Origin: Dehalococcoidia bacterium
GTDB lineage: Bacteria > Chloroflexota > Dehalococcoidia > Lucifugimonadales > UBA3495
Length of the DNA: 64,000 bases
NCBI GenBank assembly: GCA_034422655.1
Contig: DAOUJN010000039.1
Span: forward strand, 16,937 to 80,936
Direction: 5' to 3'
The notes under the pieces are model-generated. The model did no database searches. It was not told the origin of the DNA and was given only the letters and a program-made list of their open reading frames with translations. Made by a program: the position numbers and the translations under genes. This document shows, in pieces, positions 63,909 through 64,000 of this stretch (position 1 is its first letter; the number at the start of each line of letters is the position of its first letter).

Positions 63909-64000
63909 GGCGCTTCAAAATGCAACCTTCCTGTAGTCCGGCCGCCAATGCTTGCCACCTGCTTCGGTGGTCTTCCGTTGACGGAGCGGGTTAGCCAAAT

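Noticed and set aside
63748-63994. Two overlapping 62-66-aa ORFs at the right edge
   Set aside because: Both are translations of the short-unit repeat (QRRRERRDSQRCSVRLRV-type peptide), with no RBS or coding bias.

Overview
The window is 64 kb of densely coded, high-GC DNA. Most 60-nt lines look above 60% GC by eye; I did not compute GC. I support about 57 protein-coding genes, using both strands. I recognised no rRNA, tRNA, CRISPR array, integrase or transposase.

Most of the content is catabolic and redox enzymes:
- four luciferase-like (LLM) flavin or F420 oxidoreductases
- three SDRs and an RmlD-like reductase
- a Rieske oxygenase, a Gfo/Idh/MocA dehydrogenase and an FMN alpha-hydroxy-acid oxidase
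- a ThDP enzyme, an ACMSD-type amidohydrolase, an M20 peptidase, an MBL hydrolase and two alpha/beta hydrolases

Transporters are two OFA-type MFS, two Na+/solute symporters, a Zn/Mn-type ABC importer next to a Fur-family regulator, and a peptide-type ABC binding protein with two permeases. There is also a DUF1800-DUF1501-NHL operon, thiC behind a clear TPP riboswitch, and a stress cluster (HPF, USP-cNMP fusion).

This gene mix, together with several families of short GC-rich palindromic intergenic repeats, suggests an aerobic marine Chloroflexota (SAR202-like) genome. That is an inference only.

Three segments are visibly AT-richer than their surroundings and look acquired:
1. 54.5-56.8 kb holds a DNA methyltransferase-HNH nuclease fusion plus an orphan multi-pass membrane protein, inserted at the thiC leader. 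This is my best candidate for an undescribed defence-type system.
2. 16.5-19.0 kb holds a solo 805-aa GHKL-type ATPase.
3. 12.7-13.9 kb holds a secreted-protein gene flanked by a 51-bp direct repeat. The repeat duplicates the translation start of the neighbouring gene.

Two diverged copies of a toxin-antitoxin-like module (small protein plus retropepsin-like aspartic protease) are also present. Start codons are my own choices from RBS inspection and may be off. All family calls come from motif recognition, not from searches.
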